The notes: a model not told the origin generated them from the letters alone. Shown: positions 19,612-30,661, numbered from the stretch's first letter. The stretch: 64,000 nucleotides of DNA from an uncultured delta proteobacterium (GCA_963850305.1 CAWKKR010000008.1:160001-224000), one strand, 5' to 3'. Numbers and translations are program-made.

Positions 19612-19716
19612 GACGTTGCTTTCCGGCCAGGGTACACCGTCCCCCGCCGGAAATCATTCCGCGCGGAGGCCCTTCGCTCTCCGGCACGCAGCAATCCGAA
19701 GAGGTCGCGGGCGCGC

Positions 19717-20529
19717 CTATTTCGGCGTCTCGGGCGTGTAAACCACGACGGACAGATGGACCCTTCGGGCGTCCGCCGCCGGGGGCTGTTCGTCCGGCGA
19801 ACCTGTGTAGGTGGGCGCGGTCGCTTCGAAGATGATGAGCCGCGAGCGATCGATGCCGCGACTCTCCAGGAGCTTCCGCACGGCCTGCGCGCGGTCGTTC
19901 GCGAGGGAAAAGGGCTCGCCGGGCGCCGACTGGCCTTTGATCGCGACGCATTCGATGCGCGGGTTGTTGCGGATCGCGTTCGCTGCGTCGTCCGCGAGCG
20001 ACAGGACGACGGGGCTCTCCGCGACGGAGTTTTCGTCGAACTGAAACGGACCGGGGAGCGGCACGCTCGCAACGGCCGACGTGGAGACGTCCTGGTGCTC
20101 GATCTTCGCGCAGCCCGTCGCGACCTGCGGGTTGGTGGCGGCGGCGTTGGGGACGAAGTCGGGGATCGTGACGGCCATCTTGGGCGCGCACGGATCGCCG
20201 ATGGGGTTTGCCACCGCACAGTCGACGACGGGGTAGTCGTGAATGTGATTGGTCAGGTCGATCTCTTGCTCCGCCGGCGCAATCGTCTCCTTGCGAAACG
20301 GCGGAGGCGAGAATTGACCTCCGACGTTCTGCGGTTCGTACAGCGCCTCGACGACGACGTACGACTGCGGAAAGCGTTCCACCACGCGCGCCGTGCGCAC
20401 GCTGTCGAGGCGGCACTTGCCCTGCCACGATTGGTACCGGCAGCCTTCGCCGACCGACGGCCCACCGCATCCCGCGCCGCAGACCGACCCCCCCAACAAT
20501 ACCAAGGCCAGGCATCTCGTCAGTCGCAT
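19717..20529 (-). CDS. Exported protein with C-terminal OmpA-like domain
   Basis: Signal/lipobox; FQFDENS, LANDRAQAVRKLLESRGIDRSRL, ARRVHL. Confidence 0.75.
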   Translation of the reverse strand: MRLTRCLALVLLGGSVCGAGCGGPSVGEGCRYQSWQGKCRLDSVRTARVVERFPQSYVVVEALYEPQNVGGQFSPPPFRKETIAPAEQEIDLTNHIHDYPVVDCAVANPIGDPCAPKMAVTIPDFVPNAAATNPQVATGCAKIEHQDVSTSAVASVPLPGPFQFDENSVAESPVVLSLADDAANAIRNNPRIECVAIKGQSAPGEPFSLANDRAQAVRKLLESRGIDRSRLIIFEATAPTYTGSPDEQPPAADARRVHLSVVVYTPETPK

Positions 20530-20651
20530 GCGGTTACTCTAGCGTCGACTTCGGGAAGTCGCGACCGATTCTCGCGCTCGGACCGTGCGCGCCGAAGACC
20601 CGGAGGCCGGGGTCGTGCCATACGACTCCGCTTCGCGGTACCGTGGCGCCG

Positions 20652-21080
20652 ATGGAACTGCGCACCGAGGTAGAGATCGCGGCGGCACCGGAAGCCGTGT
20701 GGCGCGTGCTGTCCGACTTTCCCGCGTACGCCGAGTGGAACCCGTTCATCCCACAGATCGCCGGAGAGCCGTGCGTCGGCGCGCGGCTCGAGGTGGTTCT
20801 GGCCCCGCCCGGCGGCAAAGAGACGATGTTCCGCCCGAAGGTGCTCGTCGCGGAGACGCAGCGGGAGCTCCGCTGGCGGGCGCAGTTCCTGTTCCCGGGT
20901 CTGCTCGACCGCGAACATTTCTTCCGGCTCATCGAGCTCGCGCCGGCGCGAACGCGGCTCGTTCACGGCGGGGACTTCAATGGTGCCCTCGTGAAGCTCG
21001 CGACGCGCACGCTCACGAACACGGCGCGCGGCTTCGTGTTCATGAACCAGGCGCTGAAGCGCCGCGTCGAGGAGGACTAA
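20652..21080 (+). CDS. SRPBCC (polyketide cyclase/dehydrase-like) protein
   Basis: MELRTEVEIAAAPEAVWRVLSDFPAYAEWNPFI...MNQALKRRVE. Confidence 0.88.
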   Translation: MELRTEVEIAAAPEAVWRVLSDFPAYAEWNPFIPQIAGEPCVGARLEVVLAPPGGKETMFRPKVLVAETQRELRWRAQFLFPGLLDREHFFRLIELAPARTRLVHGGDFNGALVKLATRTLTNTARGFVFMNQALKRRVEED

Positions 21081-21087
21081 ACTAAAA

Positions 21088-21747
21088 CTAAGCAGGGGGG
21101 GCCTTGGCAGCCTTGGCCCCCCGCTCGCTGGTGAGCGCGCCACGAAGCTGCTCGACGATGCGCGCAACCTCCGCGTGACGCAGCTTGAACAGCGACCGAT
21201 TCGCGACGACGACGCTCGAGATGTCGCAGATCGTCTCGTGCTCGACGAGGCCGTTTTCTTCGAGCGTCGAGCCCGTCTCGACGAGGTCGACGATGCGATC
21301 CGCGAGCCCGACGATCGGCGCGAGCTCGACCGAACCTTGGACGAAGATCACTTCCGCCTGCACGCCCTGCGACGCGAAGTGCTCGGTCGCGATGCGGGTG
21401 TATTTCGTCGCGATGCGGGGCACGGCCGGTAGCACCGTTCCGGGCAATCCCGCTACGACCATGCGGCACCGTCCGATGCCCAGATCGAGTGGTTGATAGA
21501 GGTCGTACCGCCGCTCGAGGAGCACGTCGCGCCCGACGATGCCGAGATCTGCCGCGCCGTACTCGACGTACGTCGGCACGTCGTCGGGCTTGAGGAGCAA
21601 GAATCGCAGACTGCCGTCCTCCGTCTCGCGAATGAGCTTTCGATCGTCGTCGAGGAGCCGCGACGCTTCGAACCCCGCGCGATCGAGCAGGGGCACCAGC
21701 TGCTTTTGCACGCGACCCTTGGGGATGGCGATGGTGAGGGGTCTCAT
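21088..21747 (-). CDS. hisG: ATP phosphoribosyltransferase, short form
   Basis: IAIPKGR, DVPTYVEYGAADLGIVGRDVLLE, IATKY, GSVELAP, IVDLVETGSTL; lacks the C-terminal regulatory domain. Confidence 0.97.
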   Translation of the reverse strand: MRPLTIAIPKGRVQKQLVPLLDRAGFEASRLLDDDRKLIRETEDGSLRFLLLKPDDVPTYVEYGAADLGIVGRDVLLERRYDLYQPLDLGIGRCRMVVAGLPGTVLPAVPRIATKYTRIATEHFASQGVQAEVIFVQGSVELAPIVGLADRIVDLVETGSTLEENGLVEHETICDISSVVVANRSLFKLRHAEVARIVEQLRGALTSERGAKAAKAPPA

Positions 21748-21941
21748 ACCGACGCCACGAATACCCGAACGTTCGCCACGGGGATACGGCGAAGCGCCCG
21801 AACACCCTCGAACACCGTCGAATGGCTCCGGGCGGTCCTCGAATGATGATCGAACGATGATCGGTCTCACCTCGAACGATGACCGTTCGCGTGGCGGAAG
21901 AATTCCGTCACAAAAAGCCGGTCGCGTCACCTTCGGCTAAC

Positions 21942-23246
21942 ATGGCGCGGATGGACGGCTCGGCGCGACGTTGTGCCTTCGTGTTCTCGATTGCGGCGTT
22001 CGTGGCCTGCGGCGCAGGGACGCGGACCCAGGGTTCGTCGGATGGCGGGAGCGCGGGCGGTCACACGAACGGCGGGCGAGACTCGGGCACGAGCGGCGGC
22101 GCGACGAACGCGCGCGACGCGTCGTCGGGGGGATTCGCCGCGACGGGGAGCGGCGGCGCGGGGGGCGCAGCGCCTTCGGAGGGTGGAGGCGCCGGTGCCA
22201 GCAACAGCACGGCGGACGCCGGCGTGCCTCGGGCCTGCGCGGCGAGCGACGAAGGCAACGTCGCACTCGGCACCGACGTCTTCGTTCCGAACACTGGCAA
22301 GCAAGAGGTGAGCGCCCTCACCTACACCGATGTTGGCGCCTCGGGGGCTTACGACCAGGTCGTCACGGGCTGGTCCAAGGCGACGGGATGCGTGGCCGAC
22401 ACCGACGGCACTCTGTGCAACACCGTGTACCGGCAACCCAAGCAAGTGAGCGGCGCGCTCGCGCCGTTCGACGAGGAGATGAGCCTCGTGTTCGGAGGGC
22501 CCGTCGAGCTCTATCAAGTCGCGGTCTACAGCCCGACCGCGAGCGGCTGGGAACGCCAGGCATACTGGGACCGATGCGTGACCGATGGCCTCGTGTTCGC
22601 GGGAAACAAGTCCTGGTACGAGTGCGGCGGGTTCGTCGAGAGCTACGTCACCGCCGACGGCACCGCGGAGAGTGACGTCCCGGTGCAGTTCTCGGGGAGC
22701 ATCGCCGCCGGCACCGAGGTGAACGTCATGTCGAGCGCGCTCTGCTCGGGCTCGACCGCGGCCAGCGACTGCGGCTGGAGCTCGGGCCTCCCGCTTCACG
22801 GGTTCAAGGGCGACGCCGCCGGCAGCAAGATGTTCGCGACCAAGTTTCGCATGCCACTCGGGTCGAAGACACCCGCGTACTGGATCCTGCCGGCACAGGT
22901 CATCCGCAGCTCGCAGTACGGGTGCAACTGCCGCGGCGAAGGCTCGGACCCGACTTACAAGGGCGGGTGCGGCGAGCTGGACGTCGCGGAGATCCTCGGC
23001 GGCGTCACCACGTCGGTCGAAGCGACGACCACGCTGTACTCGTTTCAAAACATCACGGGCGGCGGCTCGGTCGCGTTCGAACGTCCCGTGGACGAGTCCG
23101 CAGTCTTTCTGGTGATCTTCGACGCTCCGTCGCGACAGATCGCGATCCGGCGCCTCGGACCGTCCGACTTCGACTTTGCCGCGACGGAGCCGTCCGCGCG
23201 GATTGCCGCGTTCCTCGCCGCGGCGAGCACGATCCGCGCGCTGTAG
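21942..23246 (+). CDS. Lipoprotein with Tos1/YJL171C-like (DUF2403/DUF2401) glycoside hydrolase domain
   Basis: Lipobox FVA-C, Gly/Ser linker; SGALAPFDEEMSLVFGGPVELYQVAVY, PAYWILPAQVIRSSQYG, GCGELDVAEIL recall the fungal family; ExDxxE motif. Confidence 0.75.
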   Translation: MARMDGSARRCAFVFSIAAFVACGAGTRTQGSSDGGSAGGHTNGGRDSGTSGGATNARDASSGGFAATGSGGAGGAAPSEGGGAGASNSTADAGVPRACAASDEGNVALGTDVFVPNTGKQEVSALTYTDVGASGAYDQVVTGWSKATGCVADTDGTLCNTVYRQPKQVSGALAPFDEEMSLVFGGPVELYQVAVYSPTASGWERQAYWDRCVTDGLVFAGNKSWYECGGFVESYVTADGTAESDVPVQFSGSIAAGTEVNVMSSALCSGSTAASDCGWSSGLPLHGFKGDAAGSKMFATKFRMPLGSKTPAYWILPAQVIRSSQYGCNCRGEGSDPTYKGGCGELDVAEILGGVTTSVEATTTLYSFQNITGGGSVAFERPVDESAVFLVIFDAPSRQIAIRRLGPSDFDFAATEPSARIAAFLAAASTIRAL

Positions 23247-23262
23247 AGTGAGAGCTTGGCGT

Positions 23263-24531
23263 TCAGCCGTCTTCCGTCAGCTGGATCCGCGCGATGTCGG
23301 CACCCACCGCCGCCAGCTTTCTCTCGATGCGCTCGTAACCCCGATCGAGATGGTAAACGCGACGCACGATGGTTTCGCCATCGGCGACGAGGCCCGCGAT
23401 GACGAGGGAGGCGCTCGCGCGGAGATCGGTCGCCATGACGCTCGCGCCCTCGAGCGCCTTCACGCCGCGGACGATCGCGGCGTTGTTGCGGATCTCGATG
23501 TCGGCGCCCATGCGAATGAGCTCGGGCACGTGCATGAACCGATTCTCGAAGATGGTCTCCGTGAGCACGCTCGTCCCCGGCGCGATTGTCGTGAGCGCCA
23601 TCAGCTGCGCTTGCATGTCGGTCGGGAACCCGGGGTGCGGCGCGGTGGTCGCGTCCACCGCGCGGAGCGGCGCGTGCCGGGACACGACGGTGCCCGCGCC
23701 GTCGCGCTCGATCTCGACGCCCGCCTGGCGGAGCTTCACGATGACCGGCTCGAGGTCCTCCGCAGGCACGTCTCCGAGCACGACGGTGCCGCCAGTGGCA
23801 CCCACGGCGGCGAGAAACGTCCCGGCTTCGATGCGATCGGCGATGATGGCGTGATCGAACGGGTCGAGCGCGTCGCGGCCCTCGATGCGGATCACGGACG
23901 TGCCCGCCCCGTCGACGCGCGCGCCCATCTTGTTCAGCACGCGCCCGAGCTCTTCCACCTCCGGCTCGCGTGCGGAGTTGACGAGGGTCGTGCGGCCCTT
24001 CGCGAGGGCGGCGGCCATCATCAGATTCTCGGTTCCGGTCACGGTGGGCAGATCAAAGACGATCTCGGCGCCGCGAAGCCGCTGAGCCTCGGCGACGATG
24101 TAGCCGTGCTCGACGTGGATCTTCGCGCCCAGCGCCTCGAGTCCCTTCAGGTGCTGATCGACCGGGCGCGCGCCGATGGCGCACCCTCCCGGCAGCGAGA
24201 CCTTCGCGCGCCCGTACCGCGCGAGGAGCGGGCCCAGCACGAGCACGCTCGCGCGCATCTGCCGCACGAGCTCGTACGGCGCCTCGGGCCGTCCCGGGCC
24301 CGTCGCCTCCGCCAATCGTACCTCGGGGATGTCCACGTGGACGTCGCGTCCGAGAAAGCGCAGGAGCGCGGCCGTCGTGTCGATGTCGCGCAGGCCCGGC
24401 ACGTTTCGAAGGCGGCTCGCGCCGTCCGAGAGCAACGTTGCGCAGAGGATCGGCAGGGCCGCGTTCTTGGCACCGCCCACGTGAATCCGTCCGTTCAGCG
24501 GCTTGCCACCACGCACTCGAATCGCGTCCAC
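23263..24531 (-). CDS. murA: UDP-N-acetylglucosamine 1-carboxyvinyltransferase
   Basis: [53 protein letters not shown]. Confidence 0.98.
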   Translation of the reverse strand: MDAIRVRGGKPLNGRIHVGGAKNAALPILCATLLSDGASRLRNVPGLRDIDTTAALLRFLGRDVHVDIPEVRLAEATGPGRPEAPYELVRQMRASVLVLGPLLARYGRAKVSLPGGCAIGARPVDQHLKGLEALGAKIHVEHGYIVAEAQRLRGAEIVFDLPTVTGTENLMMAAALAKGRTTLVNSAREPEVEELGRVLNKMGARVDGAGTSVIRIEGRDALDPFDHAIIADRIEAGTFLAAVGATGGTVVLGDVPAEDLEPVIVKLRQAGVEIERDGAGTVVSRHAPLRAVDATTAPHPGFPTDMQAQLMALTTIAPGTSVLTETIFENRFMHVPELIRMGADIEIRNNAAIVRGVKALEGASVMATDLRASASLVIAGLVADGETIVRRVYHLDRGYERIERKLAAVGADIARIQLTEDG

Positions 24532-24594
24532 CCCGCAACTTGACCATATTTCGCGGCTGATTGCTGCTCCCGCGCGGACGAGCCCACCGAATAA

Positions 24595-26013
24595 TCAGCG
24601 CCTTCTGCGCGAGGGCCAGTCGGGGTGCGCCGGTCGCTCCCGCTCGAACGCGCGCGCGGCCTGGAACAAGAGATCTTCGCGATGATGCGGTGCGACGAGC
24701 TGCAGCCCGACGGGGAGCCCCGCACGCGTGAAGCCGGCGCGCACCGTCGCGGCAGGGTTCCACGACAGGTTGAACGGGATCGTGAACGCGGCGACAGAAG
24801 CCGTGATCTGCGCGCGTCCCTCGGTCTCGCTCGGGAGCGGCCCCTTCGCGGGCGGAGGATCGTACGGGACCGTCGGCGTCACGAGCAGATCGTATTCGTC
24901 GAGGATCGAGCGGCACCAGTTCACGAGCTCGACGCGCTTCCGGGCAATGCCGCCCATGATGCGCGGATTCATCGCCTCGACGAACCTGATCGTGTCGAGG
25001 AGAGCGCGGCCGAACTCCGCGTCGTGCTCCGGGCGCAAGGGAGCGATGAATCCCCCGGTCTGCGCCGCCATCAACAGGCCCCAGTCGCCGTTCATCTCGG
25101 GCGGCCCGCCGCGGATGGCGTGAATCGAGTGCCCGAGCCTCTCGAGCTCTCGAACGCCGTCTTCGACCACGGCGGCGACGTCGGATTGCACGACCGCGTA
25201 TCCGAGATCGGGCGAGTACGCGATGCGGAGCTTGCGATCGAGCGGCCGGCGCGCGGCGTCGAGATACGACGCGCCCGGGCGCGGCAAGCTCGTCGGATCG
25301 GACGCATCGTACCCCGCGACGACGTCGAGGAAGAGCGCGCCGTCCTCCACGGTCTTCGCGATCGGCCCGTATGCGACGGTCGCCGAGTGATCCCATTCTG
25401 CGAGCGGACCGCGCGGCACGCGCCCGAACGACGGCTTCAAGCCGAACGCGCCGACGAATGTCGCCGGGATCCGGATCGAGCCGCCGGCGTCGCTCGCGGT
25501 GATGAGCGGGAGCATCTCGCCGGCGAGCGCCGCGGCGGAACCGCCGCTCGAGCCGCCGGGAGTGCGCTCGAGATCCCACGGCGAGCGAGTCACGCCGAAC
25601 ACGAGATTCCTGGTGATGGCCGCGCTGCCGAACTCCGGCACGTTCGTCTTGCCGTACACGATCGCGCCGGCCGCCCTGAGCCGCGCCACCTGAGTCGAGT
25701 CCACGGTCGCGAGCGCGTCTCGAAACGGCTTCGACCCGTGCGTGGTCACGAGTCCCGCGGCGTCTTCGAGGTCCTTGACGCCGAAGGGGATGCCTTCGAG
25801 CGGGCGAGCGCGCCCTTCCGAGATCCGCGCTTCGCTGACCCGGGCATCGGCGACGAGCGCCGTGCGATCTCGCTCGACGACGATCGCGTTCAACTCGGGA
25901 TTCCGCGCGTCGACCGCAGCGAATACTTCGTGCATGAGCTCGACAGGAGATGCACGCTTCGCGCGAAGCGTCTCCGCGAGCTCGAGGAGCGTGAGAGACA
26001 GGAGATCCGCCAT
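24595..26013 (-). CDS. Amidase signature family enzyme
   Basis: GIPFGVKDL, GKTNVPEF, GGSSGGSAAA, SDAGGSIRIPA, GLPVGLQ. Confidence 0.95.
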   Translation of the reverse strand: MADLLSLTLLELAETLRAKRASPVELMHEVFAAVDARNPELNAIVVERDRTALVADARVSEARISEGRARPLEGIPFGVKDLEDAAGLVTTHGSKPFRDALATVDSTQVARLRAAGAIVYGKTNVPEFGSAAITRNLVFGVTRSPWDLERTPGGSSGGSAAALAGEMLPLITASDAGGSIRIPATFVGAFGLKPSFGRVPRGPLAEWDHSATVAYGPIAKTVEDGALFLDVVAGYDASDPTSLPRPGASYLDAARRPLDRKLRIAYSPDLGYAVVQSDVAAVVEDGVRELERLGHSIHAIRGGPPEMNGDWGLLMAAQTGGFIAPLRPEHDAEFGRALLDTIRFVEAMNPRIMGGIARKRVELVNWCRSILDEYDLLVTPTVPYDPPPAKGPLPSETEGRAQITASVAAFTIPFNLSWNPAATVRAGFTRAGLPVGLQLVAPHHREDLLFQAARAFERERPAHPDWPSRRRR

Positions 26014-26108
26014 CGGTGCCGGGAGGATACACGAGCTCGAGGGCGTCCACGGTGCCGGGGCGTGGCCTCCCCACCGGAGCGCCCAAGACTTCTCGTCAGC
26101 GCTTCACG

Positions 26109-27262
26109 CTAGGCGCGCCCGGGCTCCACGGCCGGCACGGAGGGTGCCGGATGCGTGGGCCGGACTGGGAACCAGCGGTCCTTGAGCGCCAGGAACCTGG
26201 CCTCGAACAGGTGAAACGACAGGCTCGCGGCGGCGATCGTCGCGACCAGCTGAACGACCATTCTCGTTCCGAGAAGCTGGTGTGGCATCGCCTTTTCGAG
26301 GAGAGACTGGAACGGATAGTGAAAGAGATAGAAGCCGTAGGAGATCTTCCCGAGATACCGGAGCGGGGACAGGTCGAAGAACCAGGCTCCCAGCCGTCGC
26401 TGCACCAGGCAAACGATTGCGAACGCGCTCAGAACGTTCAGGAGTGTGTAACCCCAGATGAATTCATGGCGAGACCGAAGACCCAGTGGATACCCGAAGC
26501 TGTTCTCCACGAGGTCCGGCGCGTGAGGGAGATGCGAAACCGCGATCCCGCCGATCACCACGGCCAGCAGCGTCAGCACGAATCCCAGCCTCGCGCGGCG
26601 CGGCGGAAACAGCGACACGAGCCCGCCGACGGCAAAAGCGTCCAGGTGGGTTGGCGTCGCGGCATACAGAGCCACCTCGCGCTCGGGGAGAAAGACGTGG
26701 GGAAAGTGGTTCAGCACGATCCACTCCATCCCGCGAATCGCTGGCCCGGCAAGGACGATGGCCGACAGCACCAGCTTGATGCGACGTGGGGGACAGAGAA
26801 GATCAGACACGGCCAGATCAGATAGAACTGTTCCTCGACGCACAGCGACCAGAAGTGGGAGATCAGCCTCGAGTGCTCGAAGCCGGCCGTCGTGTGATAC
26901 CAATTGTAAGTGTAGGTGTAAGCGAACGGCAGACCTGCCCGCAGGCCATGCATCTCCAACCCGAGTCTGGACGCCGTCCAGAACAAGGTGAGAATCGCGA
27001 AGTAGACGGGAAAGATCCTCAGGCTGCGCCGGCCGTAAAACTCCCGCACGTACTGCCCGAAGGGGACGCCCTTGGCCCTGTAGAGCAACCCGGTGATCAG
27101 GTACCCGGACAGAACGAAGAAGATCTGGACGCCGATCCAGCCGCAGCCGAGAAGGGTGTCGTGGAACAGGAACACCAGCAACACCGCGATCGCCCGCAAT
27201 CCATCGAGCCCCGAGAGCCTCCCGGTCGCCGCCGCGCCTCGCGAATGATGTGTGGATTCCAT
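26109..27262 (-). CDS. Acyltransferase 3 (OafA/YrhL-like), frameshifted near 26795
   Basis: LDGLRAIAV, FFVLSGYLI, RRSLRIFP, HFWSLCVEEQFYLIWP in one frame; YLGKISYGFYLFH in the next. Confidence 0.88.
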
Positions 27263-27361
27263 GGCACCGGTGCGCGTCGGGCGGGTGGACAACGGCGTCG
27301 AATCGGAACCCGACCCGATGGATTGTCGACGTTTATCACGACGTAGGCGGCGAAGGGGGCA

Positions 27362-27679
27362 TCAATTCAGGAGAGGAAGCCTGAACCAGAGCGATCGCTT
27401 GCTGCCGCATTTTCGACATCGGAGGCGTGCTTCACGCAGCCTCGTGCCGTCGCGAGTGACGGCCGCGTGTTCGTCGATGGCGTGCTCGGCGCCGCATCTC
27501 GGACAAGAGACGGCGCGCGCCCGGAGCTCGATGACGCTCGCGGCTTCGACGTCGAGGGGGCGCTCGGGGCTCCCGCCAGGCTCGCGTGCGAACAGTCGCT
27601 CGCGGTCCCGGGCGAGCTTGTCGACGTCCCGCGCGGCTTCGCGACGGAGGGTCCGCTCGCGCTTCGGCTTCCGCGCCAT
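27362..27679 (-). CDS. Small Zn-ribbon protein
   Basis: CPRC...CRKC; starts 2 nt after the corrected manC stop. Confidence 0.75.
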   Translation of the reverse strand: MARKPKRERTLRREAARDVDKLARDRERLFAREPGGSPERPLDVEAASVIELRARAVSCPRCGAEHAIDEHAAVTRDGTRLREARLRCRKCGSKRSLWFRLPLLN

Positions 27680-27680
27680 G

Positions 27681-28770
27681 CTAGAGCTTGTCGGTCCGCC
27701 CGCGACGCTCGAGCTCCTCCACGAGCTTGCGCACGTCCTGCGAGCGATCCCGCGGGACGATGAGCGTCGCGTCGTCCGTCTCGACGATGCAGAGGTCTTT
27801 CACGCCGAGGAGGGCCACGACCCGGCCGCCCTTCGACCCGAGAATCACGGACGAGATTGCCGCTCGCCTCGACGAATACGGCGCCCTCCCCGACGTTGCC
27901 CGCAGCGTCCTTTTGTCCGAGCTCCCACGCGGCTTGCCAGCTCCCGACGTCGCTCCAGCCGAACTCCGCGGGCACGACGTGGATGAGCGGCAGCTTCTCC
28001 ATTATGCCGTAGTCGATGCTGATGTTCGGCAGCGAGGGGAAGACCGCACGCGTCTCGGCGTCTTCCGCCTCGGGGCCGCGCAGGGAGGCGGCTTCGATCC
28101 GGTCGAGTCCGCTCGCGAGGGCCGGCAGATGAACGCCGATCGCGTCGCGGAGAGCGCTCGCGCGGTAGAAGAACATCCCGCTGTTCCAGAAATGCCGGCC
28201 GCTCTTCGCGTACTCCTCGGCGCGCTGCAGATCCGGCTTCTCGACGAACCTGACGGCTCGCCGAACGCCATCGCCGATCGCATCGCTCGCTTCGATGTGG
28301 CCGAAGCCGGTCTCGGGCCGGTCCGGGCGGATCCCGATCGTCGTGATCGGGCCGGCCGCGGCGGACTCGACCGCGCGCTCGACGGCCGCGCGGAACGCGT
28401 CCTCGTGCTTCACGTGATGATCGCTGGGCAGGGCGACGACGACGGCGTCCGCGTCGTCGCGCGCGAGGATCGCGGTTCCCCAGCCGAGACACGGCGCGGT
28501 ATTTCGCGCGACCGGCTCGGCGATCACGCGGACGCCGGGATAGGCGCTCACCGCGGCGCGCGTGACGGCGAGCAATCGCTCGCCCGTCACGACGAGGATC
28601 CGCTCCGCCGGACAGAGCGGCAACATGCGCTGAATCGTGGACTCGAGCAGACTTCGGTCGGCGCCGGGTGCGAGCGGGAGGAGCTGCTTCGGCAGCGAAC
28701 GCCGGGACGCGGGCCAGAAGCGCGTTCCGCTGCCGCCCGCCATGATCAGCGTATGAAGGTGAGTCCTCAT
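27681..28770 (-). CDS. manC: Mannose-1-phosphate guanylyltransferase, frameshifted near 27835
   Basis: IMAGGSGTRFWP, PKQLL, EPVARNTAP, FVEKP, WNSGMF, SIDYGIME, WSDVGSW; C-terminal VALLGVKDLCIVETDDATLI in a shifted frame ending at 27681. Confidence 0.92.
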
Positions 28771-28805
28771 GAGCGGCAGGTCCAAGGCGAATAGCACGAG
28801 CGCGG

Positions 28806-29603
28806 TCAGGCCGGCCAGGCCCAGGCGAGCGCCATCGTCGCGAACGCGAGCGGCACGACCCAGAACGCGAACAGCGAGAAGGAGCCGCGGACGACGGCGC
28901 GGCGCAACAGGACGATGGCGACCGTCGCCGCGGCGAACGCCCCTCCGGCGGCGACGAGCGCGACGGGCACGTCGGCAAGATCGAAGCCGCGGCGAGCGGC
29001 GCCGAGCGTGAGGAACAGGTCCATGGGTATCCCGAGCATGACCGACAGCTCGAAGGCGCGGACGGGACGAACCCCGAAGAGCAGAGAGAGCCCGACCGTG
29101 AACGCCGTCCGCGAAAGCCCGGGGAGCACGGCCGCGCCCTGCGCCGCGCCGAGGATCAGCGTCTGAGGGAAGGAGGGGCGGTCGCGCACGCTCGGACGGC
29201 TCGCACCAGATGCCGCGAGCAACGCGCCGGTGACGAGAAATCCGAACGCGACCGCGCTCGGCGACGCGGACCAGCGCACCGCCGTGTCGTGGACGAGCAC
29301 GGCGAACGCGATGCTCGGCCCCGCGCCGGTGACGACGAAGAGCGCGTCCCCGGCCGCGTCGCCGAGCGGGCTACCCCCGGCCGTGCCGAACGCGTCCCGG
29401 ATCGCATCCCCGAGCGGGCGGCGAAGGACGAAACACGCCGCGGCGAGCGTCCCGGCGGCGAGCATCGCGTGCGCCGCGGGGGGCACCTCGATGTGGAACA
29501 GGAACTCCGCCAGCGCGGCGTGGCCGCTTCGCGAGACCGGCAGAAAATCCGTCAGGCCCTGGATGGTGCCGAGCGCGAACGCGTTCCCGTACGGTGTGGT
29601 CAC
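28806..29603 (-). CDS. uppP: Undecaprenyl-diphosphate phosphatase (BacA/UppP family)
   Basis: QGLTDFLPVSRSGH and QGAAVLPGLSR motifs; polytopic. Confidence 0.88.
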   Translation of the reverse strand: MTTPYGNAFALGTIQGLTDFLPVSRSGHAALAEFLFHIEVPPAAHAMLAAGTLAAACFVLRRPLGDAIRDAFGTAGGSPLGDAAGDALFVVTGAGPSIAFAVLVHDTAVRWSASPSAVAFGFLVTGALLAASGASRPSVRDRPSFPQTLILGAAQGAAVLPGLSRTAFTVGLSLLFGVRPVRAFELSVMLGIPMDLFLTLGAARRGFDLADVPVALVAAGGAFAAATVAIVLLRRAVVRGSFSLFAFWVVPLAFATMALAWAWPA

Positions 29604-29621
29604 TCGGTTCTGGCGCTCGGC

Positions 29622-30005
29622 TCAGTGCAGCGTGTGGTCCGTCACCATGTTCGGCGGGGGCACGGATTCATCCATGTCCTCGAATGACTCTTCCACGGCC
29701 TGCGCGATGATGCGGGCCACCTCGGCGTCCATCTCGCCGATCCGGGTGAGGTGCCACATCTTGACGTTCGCAGCGACGGCGTGGACCGGCTCCCACGGGA
29801 GCTCGGGAGCGCCGTCGAGGCGCCGGGCGATCCACGCCGGAACCACGGTGAGCCCGAGCGCGGCCAGCAACCAGCTCATGCGGCGTGACACGAGGCCCAC
29901 GGCGAGGCATCCGAGGCCCGCGGTCATCGTGGTGAAATGGAGTCGTCGGAGGGCGGAACTCGCGTGCGCGCGGACGAACAGGGTCCAGTACTCGGGGAAG
30001 TCCAT
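29622..30005 (-). CDS. DUF962/Mpo1-like small membrane protein
   Basis: FPEYWTLFVRAH...RRLHF pattern, two TMs; ATG at 30005. Confidence 0.65.
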   Translation of the reverse strand: MDFPEYWTLFVRAHASSALRRLHFTTMTAGLGCLAVGLVSRRMSWLLAALGLTVVPAWIARRLDGAPELPWEPVHAVAANVKMWHLTRIGEMDAEVARIIAQAVEESFEDMDESVPPPNMVTDHTLH

Positions 30006-30093
30006 GAGCCTCAATCCTTGCACGAAAGGGTCCGCGCTTCGAGCACGCGCGGACCGGTCCCTCCCCTCGGGCGCGCGCGGCTCGCGACGATTC

Positions 30094-30661
30094 TCAGGAT
30101 TTCTCGAGTGCCCTGTCGATGAGCGCTTCGAGCTCGTCCTCGTGCGCCATGCGGGGCCGGACGGCCGTGACGACTCCCGCGCGGTCGACGACGACGAGCG
30201 TCGGCAACTGCCGGACGAGGTACGCGCCCGACGTCTGGTCGCCGTCGTCGAAGAGGGTCGCGTACGAAAGCTTCTCGCCGGTCGCAAACGCGGCCGCGGG
30301 GGCCCACTCGTCGCCGCTCGTGGCGATCCCGAGCACCACGACATCCTTGCCGGCGTAATGGCGGGCCACCTTGTCGACGATGGGCGTCTCCGCACGACAC
30401 GGACCGCACCAGCTCGCCCAGAAATCGATCAGGACGACCTTGTGCTTCAGAATCGTCGAGAGACACGCGACTGCCGGGGTCGCCGCCGGTCAACACGGGC
30501 AAGGTGAAGCGAGGCGCGGGCCCTCCCACGAGCTGCGAGCGGGGCGGAGTGAGCGTCGGGAGAACCGTGAGTCCCAAGATCACGCCGAGCGCGAGGACGG
30601 CGCCGGTGATGAACGTCCCTTGGTTGGGGCGCGGGATGCGACGGGACTGCGGCTCGGTCAC
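30094..30661 (-). CDS. TlpA-family thiol-disulfide reductase, frameshifted near 30450
   Basis: TM + APRFTLP, then shifted-frame VVLIDFWASWCGPC...LPTLVVVDRAG. Confidence 0.88.

Noticed and set aside
18334..20673. Long antisense or alternative-frame ORFs (also 30790-33048, 33691-35922, 24053-26086)
   Set aside because: Arg-rich shadow frames typical of high-GC DNA, overlapping well-supported genes.
21095..21122. G/C inverted repeat at the hisG 3' end as a terminator
   Set aside because: Lies inside the coding sequence with a large loop; too weak to call.
21840..21890. LexA box
   Set aside because: Only loosely resembles the alphaproteobacterial GAAC-N7-GAAC box; lineage and flanking genes do not fit SOS control.
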